Shown piece by piece: positions 22,701-37,700 of a stretch of 41,464 bases of DNA. The notes under the pieces are model-generated. The model was not told where the DNA came from, made no database searches, and saw only the letters and a list, made by a program, of their open reading frames with translations. The stretch's first letter is position 1, and each line of letters starts with the position of its first letter. The stretch covers positions 1 to 41,464 of the forward strand of contig LSRY02000085.1 in assembly GCA_001643675.2 (NCBI GenBank). The letters are read 5' to 3'. The position numbers were made by a program, and so were the translations under genes. The stretch is from Monocercomonoides exilis PA203 (Eukaryota > Protista > Preaxostyla).

Positions 22701-25700
22701 CGCTGTCCTATCACTCTCTCCCCATTCACACACACTCTGCATGTGTTTTGAGTGTAAGTTTTGTGTTTATTTCGGCTGAGAAGGTCTTTTCTCTCTGAAA
22801 GGGCCCTCTCACCCGAAATATCACTCAACACCAAATAGAGTGTGTTTTTCTTTTTCGATAAAAATTACAAAATTTGTGTTGATAGCTCCCTGGCTCCTGT
22901 GGCCTGCACAGCAGGCCACACCACTCACCGCGCCCTCCCCGCCCCGCAAAAAATAATATGAAAAATTCGGTTATTTCAGTGAAATGACTGAAAAGAGCCT
23001 AGGGCAGCGCGCAGCGCGTTCCTTCCGGCTCGGAGAGAGTGGGGAGCGCCTTGCAACGCTGTCCTATCACTCTCTCCCCATTCACACACACTCTGCATGT
23101 GTTTTGAGTGTAAGTTTTGTGTTTATTTCGGCTGAGAAGGTCTTTTCTCTCTGAAAGGGCCCTCTCACCCGAAATATCACTCAACACCAAATAGAGTGTG
23201 TTTTTCTTTTTCGATAAAAATTACAAAATTTGTGTTGATAGCTCCCTGAGCTCCTGTGGCCTGCACAGCAGGCCACACCACTCACCGCGCCCTCCCCGCC
23301 CCCGCAAAAAAAAAATAATATGAAAAATTCGGTTATTTCAGTGAAATGACTGAAAAGAGCCTAGGGCAGCGCGCAGCGCGTTCCTTCCGGCTCGGAGAGA
23401 GTGGGGAGCGCCTTGCAACGCTGTCCTATCACTCTCTCCCCATTCACACACACTCTGCATGTGTTTTGAGTGTAAGTTTTGTGTTTATTTCGGCTGAGAA
23501 GGTCTTTTCTCTCTGAAAGGGCCCTCTCACCCGAAATATCACTCAACACCAAATAGAGTGTGTTTTTCTTTTTCGATAAAAATTACAAAATTTGTGTTGA
23601 TAGCTCCCTGGCTCCTGTGGCCTGCACAGCAGGCCACACCACTCACCGCGCCCTCCCCGCCCCGCAAAAAATAATATGAAAAATTCGGTTATTTCAGTGA
23701 AATGACTGAAAAGAGCCTAGGGCAGCGCGCAGCGCGTTCCTTCCGGCTCGGAGAGAGTGGGGAGCGCCTTGCAACGCTGTCCTATCACTCTCTCCCCATT
23801 CACACACACTCTGCATGTGTTTTGAGTGTAAGTTTTGTGTTTATTTCGGCTGAGAAGGTCTTTTCTCTCTGAAAGGGCCCTCTCACCCGAAATATCACTC
23901 AACACCAAATAGAGTGTGTTTTTCTTTTTCGATAAAAATTACAAAATTTGTGTTGATAGCTCCCTGGCTCCTGTGGCCTGCACAGCAGGCCACACCACTC
24001 ACCGCGCCCTCCCCGCCCCGCAAAAAAAAAATAATATGAAAAATTCGGTTATTTCAGTGAAATGACTGAAAAGAGCCTAGGGCAGCGCGCAGCGCGTTCC
24101 TTCCGGCTCGGAGAGAGTGGGGAGCGCCTTGCAACGCTGTCCTATCACTCTCTCCCCATTCACACACACTCTGCATGTGTTTTGAGTGTAAGTTTTGTGT
24201 TTATTTCGGCTGAGAAGGTCTTTTCTCTCTGAAAGGGCCCTCTCACCCGAAATATCACTCAACACCAAATAGAGTGTGTTTTTCTTTTTCGATAAAAATT
24301 ACAAAATTTGTGTTGATAGCTCCCTGGCTCCTGTGGCCTGCACAGCAGGCCACACCACTCACCGCGCCCTCCCCGCCCCGCAAAAAAAAATAATATGAAA
24401 AATTCGGTTATTTCAGTGAAATGACTGAAAAGAGCCTAGGGCAGCGCGCAGCGCGTTCCTTCCGGCTCGGAGAGAGTGGGGAGCGCCTTGCAACGCTGTC
24501 CTATCACTCTCTCCCCATTCACACACACTCTGCATGTGTTTTGAGTGTAAGTTTTGTGTTTATTTCGGCTGAGAAGGTCTTTTCTCTCTGAAAGGGCCCT
24601 CTCACCCGAAATATCACTCAACACCAAATAGAGTGTGTTTTTCTTTTTCGATAAAAATTACAAAATTTGTGTTGATAGCTCCCTGGCTCCTGTGGCCTGC
24701 ACAGCAGGCCACACCACTCACCGCGCCCTCCCCGCCCCGCAAAAAAAATAATATGAAAAATTCGGTTATTTCAGTGAAATGACTGAAAAGAGCCTAGGGC
24801 AGCGCGCAGCGCGTTCCTTCCGGCTCGGAGAGAGTGGGGAGCGCCTTGCAACGCTGTCCTATCACTCTCTCCCCCATTCACACACACTCTGCATGTGTTT
24901 TGAGTGTAAGTTTTGTGTTTATTTCGGCTGAGAAGGTCTTTTCTCTCTGAAAGGGCCCTCTCACCCGAAATATCACTCAACACCAAATAGAGTGTGTTTT
25001 TCTTTTTCGATAAAAATTACAAAATTTGTGTTGATAGCTCCCTGGCTCCTGTGGCCTGCACAGCAGGCCACACCACTCACCGCGCCCTCCCCGCCCCGCA
25101 AAAAAAATAATATGAAAAATTCGGTTATTTCAGTGAAATGACTGAAAAGAGCCTAGGGCAGCGCGCAGCGCGTTCCTTCCGGCTCGGAGAGAGTGGGGAG
25201 CGCCTTGCAACGCTGTCCTATCACTCTCTCCCCATTCACACACACTCTGCATGTGTTTTGAGTGTAAGTTTTGTGTTTATTTCGGCTGAGAAGGTCTTTT
25301 CTCTCTGAAAGGGCCCTCTCACCCGAAATATCACTCAACACCAAATAGAGTGTGTTTTTCTTTTTCGATAAAAATTACAAAATTTGTGTTGATAGCTCCC
25401 TGGCTCCTGTGGCCTGCACAGCAGGCCACACCACTCACCGCGCCCTCCCCGCCCCGCAAAAAATAATATGAAAAATTCGGTTATTTCAGTGAAATGACTG
25501 AAAAGAGCCTAGGGCAGCGCGCAGCGCGTTCCTTCCGGCTCGGAGAGAGTGGGGAGCGCCTTGCAACGCTGTCCTATCACTCTCTCCCCATTCACACACA
25601 CTCTGCATGTGTTTTGAGTGTAAGTTTTGTGTTTATTTCGGCTGAGAAGGTCTTTTCTCTCTGAAAGGGCCCTCTCACCCGAAATATCACTCAACACCAA

Positions 25701-28700
25701 ATAGAGTGTGTTTTTCTTTTTCGATAAAAATTACAAAATTTGTGTTGATAGCTCCCTGGCTCCTGTGGCCTGCACAGCAGGCCACACCACTCACCGCGCC
25801 CTCCCCGCCCCGCAAAAAATAATATGAAAAATTCGGTTATTTCAGTGAAATGACTGAAAAGAGCCTAGGGCAGCGCGCAGCGCGTTCCTTCCGGCTCGGA
25901 GAGAGTGGGGAGCGCCTTGCAACGCTGTCCTATCACTCTCTCCCCATTCACACACACTCTGCATGTGTTTTGAGTGTAAGTTTTGTGTTTATTTCGGCTG
26001 AGAAGGTCTTTTCTCTCTGAAAGGGCCCTCTCACCCGAAATATCACTCAACACCAAATAGAGTGTGTTTTTCTTTTTCGATAAAAATTACAAAATTTGTG
26101 TTGATAGCTCCCTGGCTCCTGTGGCCTGCACAGCAGGCCACACCACTCACCGCGCCCTCCCCGCCCCGCAAAAAAAAATAATATGAAAAATTCGGTTATT
26201 TCAGTGAAATGACTGAAAAGAGCCTAGGGCAGCGCGCAGCGCGTTCCTTCCGGCTCGGAGAGAGTGGGGAGCGCCTTGCAACGCTGTCCTATCACTCTCT
26301 CCCCATTCACACACACTCTGCATGTGTTTTGAGTGTAAGTTTTGTGTTTATTTCGGCTGAGAAGGTCTTTTCTCTCTGAAAGGGCCCTCTCACCCGAAAT
26401 ATCACTCAACACCAAATAGAGTGTGTTTTTCTTTTTCGATAAAAATTACAAAATTTGTGTTGATAGCTCCCTGGCTCCTGTGGCCTGCACAGCAGGCCAC
26501 ACCACTCACCGCGCCCTCCCCGCCCCGCAAAAAATAATATGAAAAATTCGGTTATTTCAGTGAAATGACTGAAAAGAGCCTAGGGCAGCGCGCAGCGCGT
26601 TCCTTCCGGCTCGGAGAGAGTGGGGAGCGCCTTGCAACGCTGTCCTATCACTCTCTCCCCATTCACACACACTCTGCATGTGTTTTGAGTGTAAGTTTTG
26701 TGTTTATTTCGGCTGAGAAGGTCTTTTCTCTCTGAAAGGGCCCTCTCACCCGAAATATCACTCAACACCAAATAGAGTGTGTTTTTCTTTTTCGATAAAA
26801 ATTACAAAATTTGTGTTGATAGCTCCCTGGCTCCTGTGGCCTGCACAGCAGGCCACACCACTCACCGCGCCCTCCCCGCCCCGCAAAAAATAATATGAAA
26901 AATTCGGTTATTTCAGTGAAATGACTGAAAAGAGCCTAGGGCAGCAGCGCGTTCCTTCCGGCTCGGAGAGAGTGGGGAGCGCCTTGCAACGCTGTCCTAT
27001 CACTCTCTCCCCATTCACACACACTCTGCATGTGTTTTGAGTGTAAGTTTTGTGTTTATTTCGGCTGAGAAGGTCTTTTCTCTCTGAAAGGGCCCTCTCA
27101 CCCGAAATATCACTCAACACCAAATAGAGTGTGTTTTTCTTTTTCGATAAAAATTACAAAATTTGTGTTGATAGCTCCCTGGCTCCTGTGGCCTGCACAG
27201 CAGGCCACACCACTCACCGCGCCCTCCCCGCCCCGCAAAAAATAATATGAAAAATTCGGTTATTTCAGTGAAATGACTGAAAAGAGCCTAGGGCAGCGCG
27301 CAGCGTTCCTTCCGGCTCGGAGAGAGTGGGGAGCGCCTTGCAACGCTGTCCTATCACTCTCTCCCCATTCACACACACTCTGCATGTGTTTTGAGTGTAA
27401 GTTTTGTGTTTATTTCGGCTGAGAAGGTCTTTTCTCTCTGAAAGGGCCCTCTCACCCGAAATATCACTCAACACCAAATAGAGTGTGTTTTTCTTTTTCG
27501 ATAAAAATTACAAAATTTGTGTTGATAGCTCCCTGGCTCCTGTGGCCTGCACAGCAGGCCACACCACTCACCGCGCCCTCCCCGCCCCGCAAAAAATAAT
27601 ATGAAAAATTCGGTTATTTCAGTGAAATGACTGAAAAGAGCCTAGGGCAGCGCGCAGCGCGTTCCTTCCGGCTCGGAGAGAGTGGGGAGCGCCTTGCAAC
27701 GCTGTCCTATCACTCTCTCCCCATTCACACACACTCTGCATGTGTTTTGAGTGTAAGTTTTGTGTTTATTTCGGCTGAGAAGGTCTTTTCTCTCTGAAAG
27801 GGCCCTCTCACCCGAAATATCACTCAACACCAAATAGAGTGTGTTTTTCTTTTTCGATAAAAATTACAAAATTTGTGTTGATAGCTCCCTGGCTCCTGTG
27901 GCCTGCACAGCAGGCCACACCACTCACCGCGCCCTCCCCGCCCCGCAAAAAATAATATGAAAAATTCGGTTATTTCAGTGAAATGACTGAAAAGAGCCTA
28001 GGGCAGCGCGCAGCGCGTTCCTTCCGGCTCGGAGAGAGTGGGGAGCGCCTTGCAACGCTGTCCTATCACTCTCTCCCCCATTCACACACACTCTGCATGT
28101 GTTTTGAGTGTAAGTTTTGTGTTTATTTCGGCTGAGAAGGTCTTTTCTCTCTGAAAGGGCCCTCTCACCCGAAATATCACTCAACACCAAATAGAGTGTG
28201 TTTTTCTTTTTCGATAAAAATTACAAAATTTGTGTTGATAGCTCCCTGGCTCCTGTGGCCTGCACAGCAGGCCACACCACTCACCGCGCCCTCCCCGCCC
28301 CGCAAAAAATAATATGAAAAATTCGGTTATTTCAGTGAAATGACTGAAAAGAGCCTAGGGCAGCGCGCAGCGTTCCTTCCGGCTCGGAGAGAGTGGGGAG
28401 CGCCTTGCAACGCTGTCCTATCACTCTCTCCCCCATTCACACACACTCTGCATGTGTTTTGAGTGTAAGTTTTGTGTTTATTTCGGCTGAGAAGGTCTTT
28501 TCTCTCTGAAAGGGCCCTCTCACCCGAAATATCACTCAACACCAAATAGAGTGTGTTTTTCTTTTTCGATAAAAATTACAAAATTTGTGTTGATAGCTCC
28601 CTGGCTCCTGTGGCCTGCACAGCAGGCCACACCACTCACCGCGCCCTCCCCGCCCCGCAAAAAATAATATGAAAAATTCGGTTATTTCAGTGAAATGACT

Positions 28701-31700
28701 GAAAAGAGCCTAGGGCAGCGCGTTCCTTCCGGCTCGGAGAGAGTGGGGAGCGCCTTGCAACGCTGTCCTATCACTCTCTCCCCCATTCACACACACTCTG
28801 CATGTGTTTTGAGTGTAAGTTTTGTGTTTATTTCGGCTGAGAAGGTCTTTTCTCTCTGAAAGGGCCCTCTCACCCGAAATATCACTCAACACCAAATAGA
28901 GTGTGTTTTTCTTTTTCGATAAAAATTACAAAATTTGTGTTGATAGCTCCCTGGCTCCTGTGGCCTGCACAGCAGGCCACACCACTCACCGCGCCCTCCC
29001 CGCCCCGCAAAAAAAATAATATGAAAAATTCGGTTATTTCAGTGAAATGACTGAAAAGAGCCTAGGGCAGCGCGCAGCGTTCCTTCCGGCTCGGAGAGAG
29101 TGGGGAGCGCCTTGCAACGCTGTCCTATCACTCTCTCCCCATTCACACACACTCTGCATGTGTTTTGAGTGTAAGTTTTGTGTTTATTTCGGCTGAGAAG
29201 GTCTTTTCTCTCTGAAAGGGCCCTCTCACCCGAAATATCACTCAACACCAAATAGAGTGTGTTTTTCTTTTTCGATAAAAATTACAAAATTTGTGTTGAT
29301 AGCTCCCTGGCTCCTGTGGCCTGCACAGCAGGCCACACCACTCACCGCGCCCTCCCCGCCCCGCAAAAAAAATAATATGAAAAATTCGGTTATTTCAGTG
29401 AAATGACTGAAAAGAGCCTAGGGCAGCGCGCAGCGCGTTCCTTCCGGCTCGGAGAGAGTGGGGAGCGCCTTGCAACGCTGTCCTATCACTCTCTCCCCCA
29501 TTCACACACACTCTGCATGTGTTTTGAGTGTAAGTTTTGTGTTTATTTCGGCTGAGAAGGTCTTTTCTCTCTGAAAGGGCCCTCTCACCCGAAATATCAC
29601 TCAACACCAAATAGAGTGTGTTTTTCTTTTTCGATAAAAATTACAAAATTTGTGTTGATAGCTCCCTGGCTCCTGTGGCCTGCACAGCAGGCCACACCAC
29701 TCACCGCGCCCTCCCCGCCCCGCAAAAAATAATATGAAAAATTCGGTTATTTCAGTGAAATGACTGAAAAGAGCCTAGGGCAGCGCGCAGCGTTCCTTCC
29801 GGCTCGGAGAGAGTGGGGAGCGCCTTGCAACGCTGTCCTATCACTCTCTCCCCATTCACACACACTCTGCATGTGTTTTGAGTGTAAGTTTTGTGTTTAT
29901 TTCGGCTGAGAAGGTCTTTTCTCTCTGAAAGGGCCCTCTCACCCGAAATATCACTCAACACCAAATAGAGTGTGTTTTTCTTTTTCGATAAAAATTACAA
30001 AATTTGTGTTGATAGCTCCCTGGCTCCTGTGGCCTGCACAGCAGGCCACACCACTCACCGCGCCCTCCCCGCCCCGCAAAAAATAATATGAAAAATTCGG
30101 TTATTTCAGTGAAATGACTGAAAAGAGCCTAGGGCAGCGCGCAGCGCGTTCCTTCCGGCTCGGAGAGAGTGGGGAGCGCCTTGCAACGCTGTCCTATCAC
30201 TCTCTCCCCCATTCACACACACTCTGCATGTGTTTTGAGTGTAAGTTTTGTGTTTATTTCGGCTGAGAAGGTCTTTTCTCTCTGAAAGGGCCCTCTCACC
30301 CGAAATATCACTCAACACCAAATAGAGTGTGTTTTTCTTTTTCGATAAAAATTACAAAATTTGTGTTGATAGCTCCCTGGCTCCTGTGGCCTGCACAGCA
30401 GGCCACACCACTCACCGCGCCCTCCCCGCCCCGCAAAAAATAATATGAAAAATTCGGTTATTTCAGTGAAATGACTGAAAAGAGCCTAGGGCAGCGCGCA
30501 GCGCGTTCCTTCCGGCTCGGAGAGAGTGGGGAGCGCCTTGCAACGCTGTCCTATCACTCTCTCCCCATTCACACACACTCTGCATGTGTTTTGAGTGTAA
30601 GTTTTGTGTTTATTTCGGCTGAGAAGGTCTTTTCTCTCTGAAAGGGCCCTCTCACCCGAAATATCACTCAACACCAAATAGAGTGTGTTTTTCTTTTTCG
30701 ATAAAAATTACAAAATTTGTGTTGATAGCTCCCTGGCTCCTGTGGCCTGCACAGCAGGCCACACCACTCACCGCGCCCTCCCCGCCCCGCAAAAAAATAA
30801 TATGAAAAATTCGGTTATTTCAGTGAAATGACTGAAAAGAGCCTAGGGCAGCGCGCAGCGTTCCTTCCGGCTCGGAGAGTGGGGAGCGCCTTGCAACGCT
30901 GTCCTATCACTCTCTCCCCATTCACACACACTCTGCATGTGTTTTGAGTGTAAGTTTTGTGTTTATTTCGGCTGAGAAGGTCTTTTCTCTCTGAAAGGGC
31001 CCTCTCACCCGAAATATCACTCAACACCAAATAGAGTGTGTTTTTCTTTTCGATAAAAATTACAAAATTTGTGTTGATAGCTCCCTGGCTCCTGTGGCCT
31101 GCACAGCAGGCCACACCACTCACCGCGCCCTCCCCGCCCCGCAAAAAAAAAATAATATGAAAAATTCGGTTATTTCAGTGAAATGACTGAAAGAGCCTAG
31201 GGCAGCGCGCAGCGCGTTCCTTCCGGCTCGGAGAGAGTGGGGAGCGCCTTGCAACGCTGTCCTATCACTCTCTCCCCATTCACACACACTCTGCATGTGT
31301 TTTGAGTGTAAGTTTTGTGTTTATTTCGGCTGAGAAGGTCTTTTCTCTCTGAAAGGGCCCTCTCACCCGAAATATCACTCAACACCAAATAGAGTGTGTT
31401 TTTCTTTTTCGATAAAAATTACAAAATTTGTGTTGATAGCTCCCTGGCTCCTGTGGCCTGCACAGCAGGCCACACCACTCACCGCGCCCTCCCCGCCCCG
31501 CAAAAATAATATGAAAAATTCGGTTATTTCAGTGAAATGACTGAAAGAGCCTAGGGCAGCGCGCAGCGTTCCTTCCGGCTCGGAGAGAGTGGGGAGCGCC
31601 TTGCAACGCTGTCCTATCACTCTCTCCCCATTCACACACACTCTGCATGTGTTTTGGAGTGTAAGTTTTGTGTTTATTTCGGCTGAGAAGGTCTTTTCTC

Positions 31701-34700
31701 TCTGAAAGGGCCCTCTCACCCGAAATATCACTCAACACCAAATAGAGTGTGTTTTTCTTTTTCGATAAAAATTACAAAATTTGTGTTGATAGCTCCCTGG
31801 CTCCTGTGGCCTGCACAGCAGGCCACACCACTCACCGCGCCCTCCCCGCCCCGCAAAAAATAATATGAAAAATTCGGTTATTTCAGTGAAATGACTGAAA
31901 AGAGCCTAGGGCAGCGCGCAGCGCGTTCCTTCCGGCTCGGAGAGTGGGGAGCGCCTTGCAACGCTGTCCTATCACTCTCTCCCCATTCACACACACTCTG
32001 CATGTGTTTTGAGTGTAAGTTTTGTGTTTATTTCGGCTGAGAAGGTCTTTTCTCTGAAAGGGCCCTCTCACCCGAAATATCACTCAACACCAAATAGAGT
32101 GTGTTTTTCTTTTCGATAAAAATTACAAAATTTGTGTTGATAGCTCCCTGGCTCCTGTGGCCTGCACAGCAGGCCACACCACTCACCGCGCCCTCCCCGC
32201 CCCGCAAAAAAAATAATATGAAAAATTCGGTTATTTCAGTGAAATGACTGAAAAGAGCCTAGGGCAGCGCGCAGCGCGTTCCTTCCGGCTCGGAGAGAGT
32301 GGGGAGCGCCTTGCAACGCTGTCCTATCACTCTCTCCCCATTCACACACACTCTGCATGTGTTTTGAGTGTAAGTTTTGTGTTTATTTCGGCTGAGAAGG
32401 TCTTTTCTCTCTGAAAGGGCCCTCTCACCCGAAATATCACTCAACACCAAATAGAGTGTGTTTTTCTTTTCGATAAAAATTACAAAATTTGTGTTGATAG
32501 CTCCCTGGCTCCTGTGGCCTGCACAGCAGGCCACACCACTCACCGCGCCCTCCCCGCCCCGCAAAAAATAATATGAAAAATTCGGTTATTTCAGTGAAAT
32601 GACTGAAAAGAGCCTAGGGCAGCGCGCAGCGTTCCTTCCGGCTCGGAGAGAGTGGGGAGCGCCTTGCAACGCTGTCCTATCACTCTCTCCCCATTCACAC
32701 ACACTCTGCATGTGTTTTGAGTGTAAGTTTTGTGTTTATTTCGGCTGAGAAGGTCTTTTCTCTCTGAAAGGGCCCTCTCACCCGAAATATCACTCAACAC
32801 CAAATAGAGTGTGTTTTTCGATAAAAATTACAAAATTTGTGTTGATAGCTCCCTGGCTCCTGTGGCCTGCACAGCAGGCCACACCACTCACCGCGCCCTC
32901 CCCGCCCCGCAAAAAATAATATGAAAAATTCGGTTATTTCAGTGAAATGACTGAAAAGAGCCTAGGGCAGCGCGCAGCGCGTTCCTTCCGGCTCGGAGAG
33001 AGTGGGGAGCGCCTTGCAACGCTGTCCTATCACTCTCTCCCCATTCACACACACTCTGCATGTGTTTTGAGTGTAAGTTTTGTGTTTATTTCGGCTGAGA
33101 AGGTCTTTTCTCTCTGAAAGGGCCCTCTCACCCGAAATATCACTCAACACCAAATAGAGTGTGTTTTTCTTTTTCGATAAAAATTACAAAATTTGTGTTG
33201 ATAGCTCCCTGGCTCCTGTGGCCTGCACAGCAGGCCACACCACTCACCGCGCCCTCCCCGCCCCGCAAAAAATAATATGAAAAATTCGGTTATTTCAGTG
33301 AAATGACTGAAAAGAGCCTAGGGCAGCGCGCAGCGCGTTCCTTCCGGCTCGGAGAGAGTGGGGAGCGCCTTTGTCCTATCACTCTCTCCCCATTCACACA
33401 CACTCTGCATGTGTTTTGAGTGTAAGTTTTGTGTTTATTTCGGCTGAGAAGGTCTTTTCTCTGAAAGGGCCCTCTCACCCGAAATATCACTCAACACCAA
33501 ATAGAGTGTGTTTTTCGATAAAAATTACAAAATTTGTGTTGATAGCTCCCTGGCTCCTGTGGCCTGCACAGCAGGCCACACCACTCACCGCGCCCTCCCC
33601 GCCCCGCAAAAAATAATATGAAAAATTCGGTTATTTCAGTGAAATGACTGAAAAGAGCCTAGGGCAGCGCGCAGCGCGTTCCTTCCGGCTCGGAGAGAGT
33701 GGGGAGCGCCTTGCAACGCTGTCCTATCACTCTCCCCCATTCACACACACTCTGCATGTGTTTTGAGTGTAAGTTTTGTGTTTATTTCGGCTGAGAAGGT
33801 CTTTTCTCTGAAAGGGCCCTCTCACCCGAAATATCACTCAACACCAAATAGAGTGTGTTTTTCTTTTCGATAAAAATTACAAAATTTGTGTTGATAGCTC
33901 CCTGGCTCCTGTGGCCTGCAGCAGGCCACACCACTCACCGCGCCCTCCCCGCCCCGCAAAAATAATATGAAAAATTCGGTTATTTCAGTGAAATGACTGA
34001 AAAGAGCCTAGGGCAGCGCGCAGTTCCTTCCGGCTCGGAGAGAGTGGGGAGCGCCTTGCAACGCTGTCCTATCACTCTCTCCCCATTCACACACACTCTG
34101 CATGTGTTTTGAGTGTTTTGTGTTTATTTCGGCTGAGAAGGTCTTTTCTCTCTGAAAGGGCCCTCTCACCCGAAATATCACTCAACACCAAATAGAGTGT
34201 GTTTTTCTTTTCGATAAAAATTACTTAGCTCCCTGGCTCCTGTGGCCTGCACAGCAGGCCACACCACTCACCGCGCCCTCCCCGCCCCGCAAAAAAAATA
34301 ATATGAAAAATTCGGTTATTTCAGTGAAATGACTGAAAAGAGCCTAGGGCAGCGCGCGGCGCGTTCCTTCCGGCTCGGAGAGTGGGGAGCGCCTTGCAAC
34401 GCTGTCCTATCACTCTCTCCCCCATTCACACACACTCTGCATGTGTTTTGAGTGTAAGTTTTGTGTTTATTTCGGCTGAGAAGGTCTTTTCTCTCTGAAA
34501 GGGCCCTCTCACCCGAAATATCACTCAACACCAAATAGAGTGTGTTTTTCTTTTCGATGAAAATTACAAAATTTGTGTTGATATCTGGCTCCTGTGGCCT
34601 GCACAGCAGGCCACACCACTCACCGCGCCCTCCCCGCCCCGCAAAAATAATATGAAAAATTCGGTTATTTCAGTGAAATGACTGAAAAGAGCCTAGGGCA

Positions 34701-37700
34701 GCGCGCAGCGTTCCTTCCGGCTCGGAGAGAGTGGGGAGCGCCTTGCAACGCTGTCCTATCACTCTCTCCCCCATTCACACACACTCTGCATGTGTTTTGA
34801 GTGTAAGTTTATTTCGGCTGAGAAGGTCTTTTCTCTGAAAGGGCCCTCTCACCCGAAATATCACTCAACACCAAATAGAGTGTGTTTTTCTTTTCGATAA
34901 AAATTACAAAATTTGTGTTGATAGCTCCCTGGCTCCTGTGGCCTGCAGCAGGCCACACCACTCACCGCGCCCTCCCCGCCCCGCAAAAAATAATATGAAA
35001 AATTCGGTTATTTCAGTGAAATGACTGAAAAGAGCCTAGGGCAGCGCGCAGCGCGTTCCTTCCGGCTCGGAGAGAGTGGGGAGCGCCTTGCAACGCTGTC
35101 CTATCACTCTCTCCCCATTCACACACACTCTGCATGTGTTTTTGAGTGTAAGTTTTGTGTTTATTTCGGCTGAGAAGGTCTTTTCTCTCTGAAAGGGCCC
35201 TCTCACCCGAAATATCACTCAACATAGGGTAGAGTGTGTTTTCTTTTTCGATAAAAATTACAAAATTTGTGTTGATAGCTCCCTGGCTCCTGTGGCCTGC
35301 ACAGCAGGCCACACCACTCACCGCGCCCTCCCCGCCCCGCAAAAAATAATATGAAAAATTCGGTTATTTCAGTGAAATGACTGAAAAGAGCCTAGGGCAG
35401 CGCGCAGCGTTCCTTCCGGCTCGGAGAGAGTGGGGAGCGCCTTGCAACGCTGTCCTATCACTCTCTCCCCATTCACACACACTCTGCATGTGTTTTGAGT
35501 GTAAGTTTGTGTTTATTTCGGCTGAGAAGGTCTTTTCTCTCTGAAAGGGCCCTCTCACCCGAAATATCACTCAACACCAAATAGAGTGTGTTTTTCTTTT
35601 TCGATAAAAATTACAAAATTTGTGTTGATAGCTCCCTGAGCTCCTGTGGCCTGCACAGCAGGCCACACCACTCACCGCGCCCTCCCCGCCCCGCAAAAAA
35701 TAATATGAAAAATTCGGTTATTTCAGTGAAATGACTGAAAAGAGCCTAGGGCAGCGCGCAGCGCGTTCCTTCCGGCTCGGAGAGAGTGGGGAGCGCCTTG
35801 CAACGCTGTCCTATCACTCTCTCCCCATTCACACACACTCTGCATGTGTTTTGAGTGTAAGTTTTGTGTTTATTTCGGCTGAGAAGGTCTTTTCTCTCTG
35901 AAAGGGCCCTCTCACCCGAAATATCACTCAACACCAAATAGAGTGTGTTTTTCTTTTCGATAAAAATTACAAAATTTGTGTTGATAGCTCCCTGGCTCCT
36001 GTGGCCTGCACAGCAGGCCACACCACTCACCGCGCCCTCCCCGCCCCGCAAAAATAATATGAAAAATTCGGTTATTTCAGTGAAATGACTGAAAAAGAGC
36101 CTAGGGCAGCGCGCAGCGCGTTCCTTCCGGCTCGGAGAGGTGGGGAGCGCCTTGCAACGCTGTCCTATCACTCTCTCCCCCATTCACACACACTCTGCAT
36201 GTGTTTTTGAGTGTAAGTTTTGTGTTTATTTCGGCTGAGAAGGTCTTTTCTCTCTGAAAGGGCCCTCTCACCCGAAATATCACTCAACACCAAATAGAGT
36301 GTGTTTTTCTTTTCGATAAAAATTACAAAATTTGTGTTGATAGCTCCCTGGCTCCTGTGGCCTGCACAGCAGGCCACACCTCACCGCGCCTCCCCGCCCG
36401 CAAAAAATAATATGAAAAATTCGGTTATTTCAGTGAAATGACTGAAAAGAGCCTAGGGCAGCGCGCAGCGTTCCTTCCGGCTCGGAGAGTGGGGAGCGCC
36501 TTGCAACGCTGTCCTATCACTCTCTCCCCCATTCACACACACTCTGCATGTGTTTTGGGTGTAAGTTTGTGTTTATTTCGGCTGAGAAGGTCTTTCTCTC
36601 CTGAAAGGGCCCTCTCACCCGAAATATCACTCAACACCAAATAGAGTGTGTTTTTCTTTTCGATAAAAATTACAAAATTTGTGTTGATAGCTCCCTGGCT
36701 CCTGTGGCCTGCACAGCAGAGCCACACCACCCGCGCCCTCCCCGCCCCGCAAAAAATAATATGAAAAATTCGGTTATTTCGGGTGAAATGACTGAAAAGA
36801 GCCTAGGGCAGCGCAGCGCGTTCCTTCCGGCTCGGAGAGAGTGGGGAGCGCCTTGCAACGCTGTCCTATCACTCTCTCCCCATTCACACACACTCTGCAT
36901 GTGTTTTGGGAGTGCAAGTTTTGTGTTTTATTTCGGCTGAGAAGGTCTTTTCTCTCTGAAAGGGCCCTCTCACCCGAAATATCACTCAACACCAAATATG
37001 ATGTGTTTTTCTTTTTCGATAAAAATTACAAAATTTGTGTTGATAGCTCCCTGGCTCCTGTGGCCTGCACAGCAGGCCACACCACTCACCGCGCCCTCCC
37101 CGCCCCGCAAAAAATAATATGAAAAATTCGGTTATTTCAGTGAAATGACTGAAAAGAGCTAGGGAGCGCGCAGCTCCTTCCGGCTCGGAGAGAGTGGGGA
37201 GCGCCTTGCAACGCTGTCCTCACTCTTCCCCATTCACACACACTCTGCATGTGTTTTGAGTGTAAGTTTTGTGTTTATTTCGGCTGAAGGTCTTTCCTCT
37301 GAAAGGGCCCTCTCACCCGAAATATCACTCAACACCAAATAGAGTGTGTTTTTCTTTTTTTCGATAAAAATTACAAAATTTGTGCTGATAGCTCCCTGGC
37401 TCCTGTGGCCTGCACAGCAGGCCACACCACTCACCGCGCCCTCCCCGCCCCGCAAAAAAATAATATGAAAAATTCGGTTAACCGGTGAAATGACGAAAGA
37501 GCCTAGGCAGCGCGCAGCGCGTTCCTTCCGGCTCGGAGAGAGTGGGGAGCGCCTTGCAACGCTGTCCTATCACTCTCTCCCCCATTCACACACACTCTGC
37601 ATGTGTTTTGAGTGTAAGGGATATTTCGGCTGAGAAGGTCTTTTCTCTGAAAGGGCCCTCTCACCCGAAATATCACTCAACACCAATTATTCTGTGTTTT

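Noticed and set aside
18935-35645. CCCTGAGCT variants and homopolymer-length differences as higher-order repeat structure
   Set aside because: They are aperiodic and fall at CCTGG motifs and homopolymers, both typical nanopore error sites.
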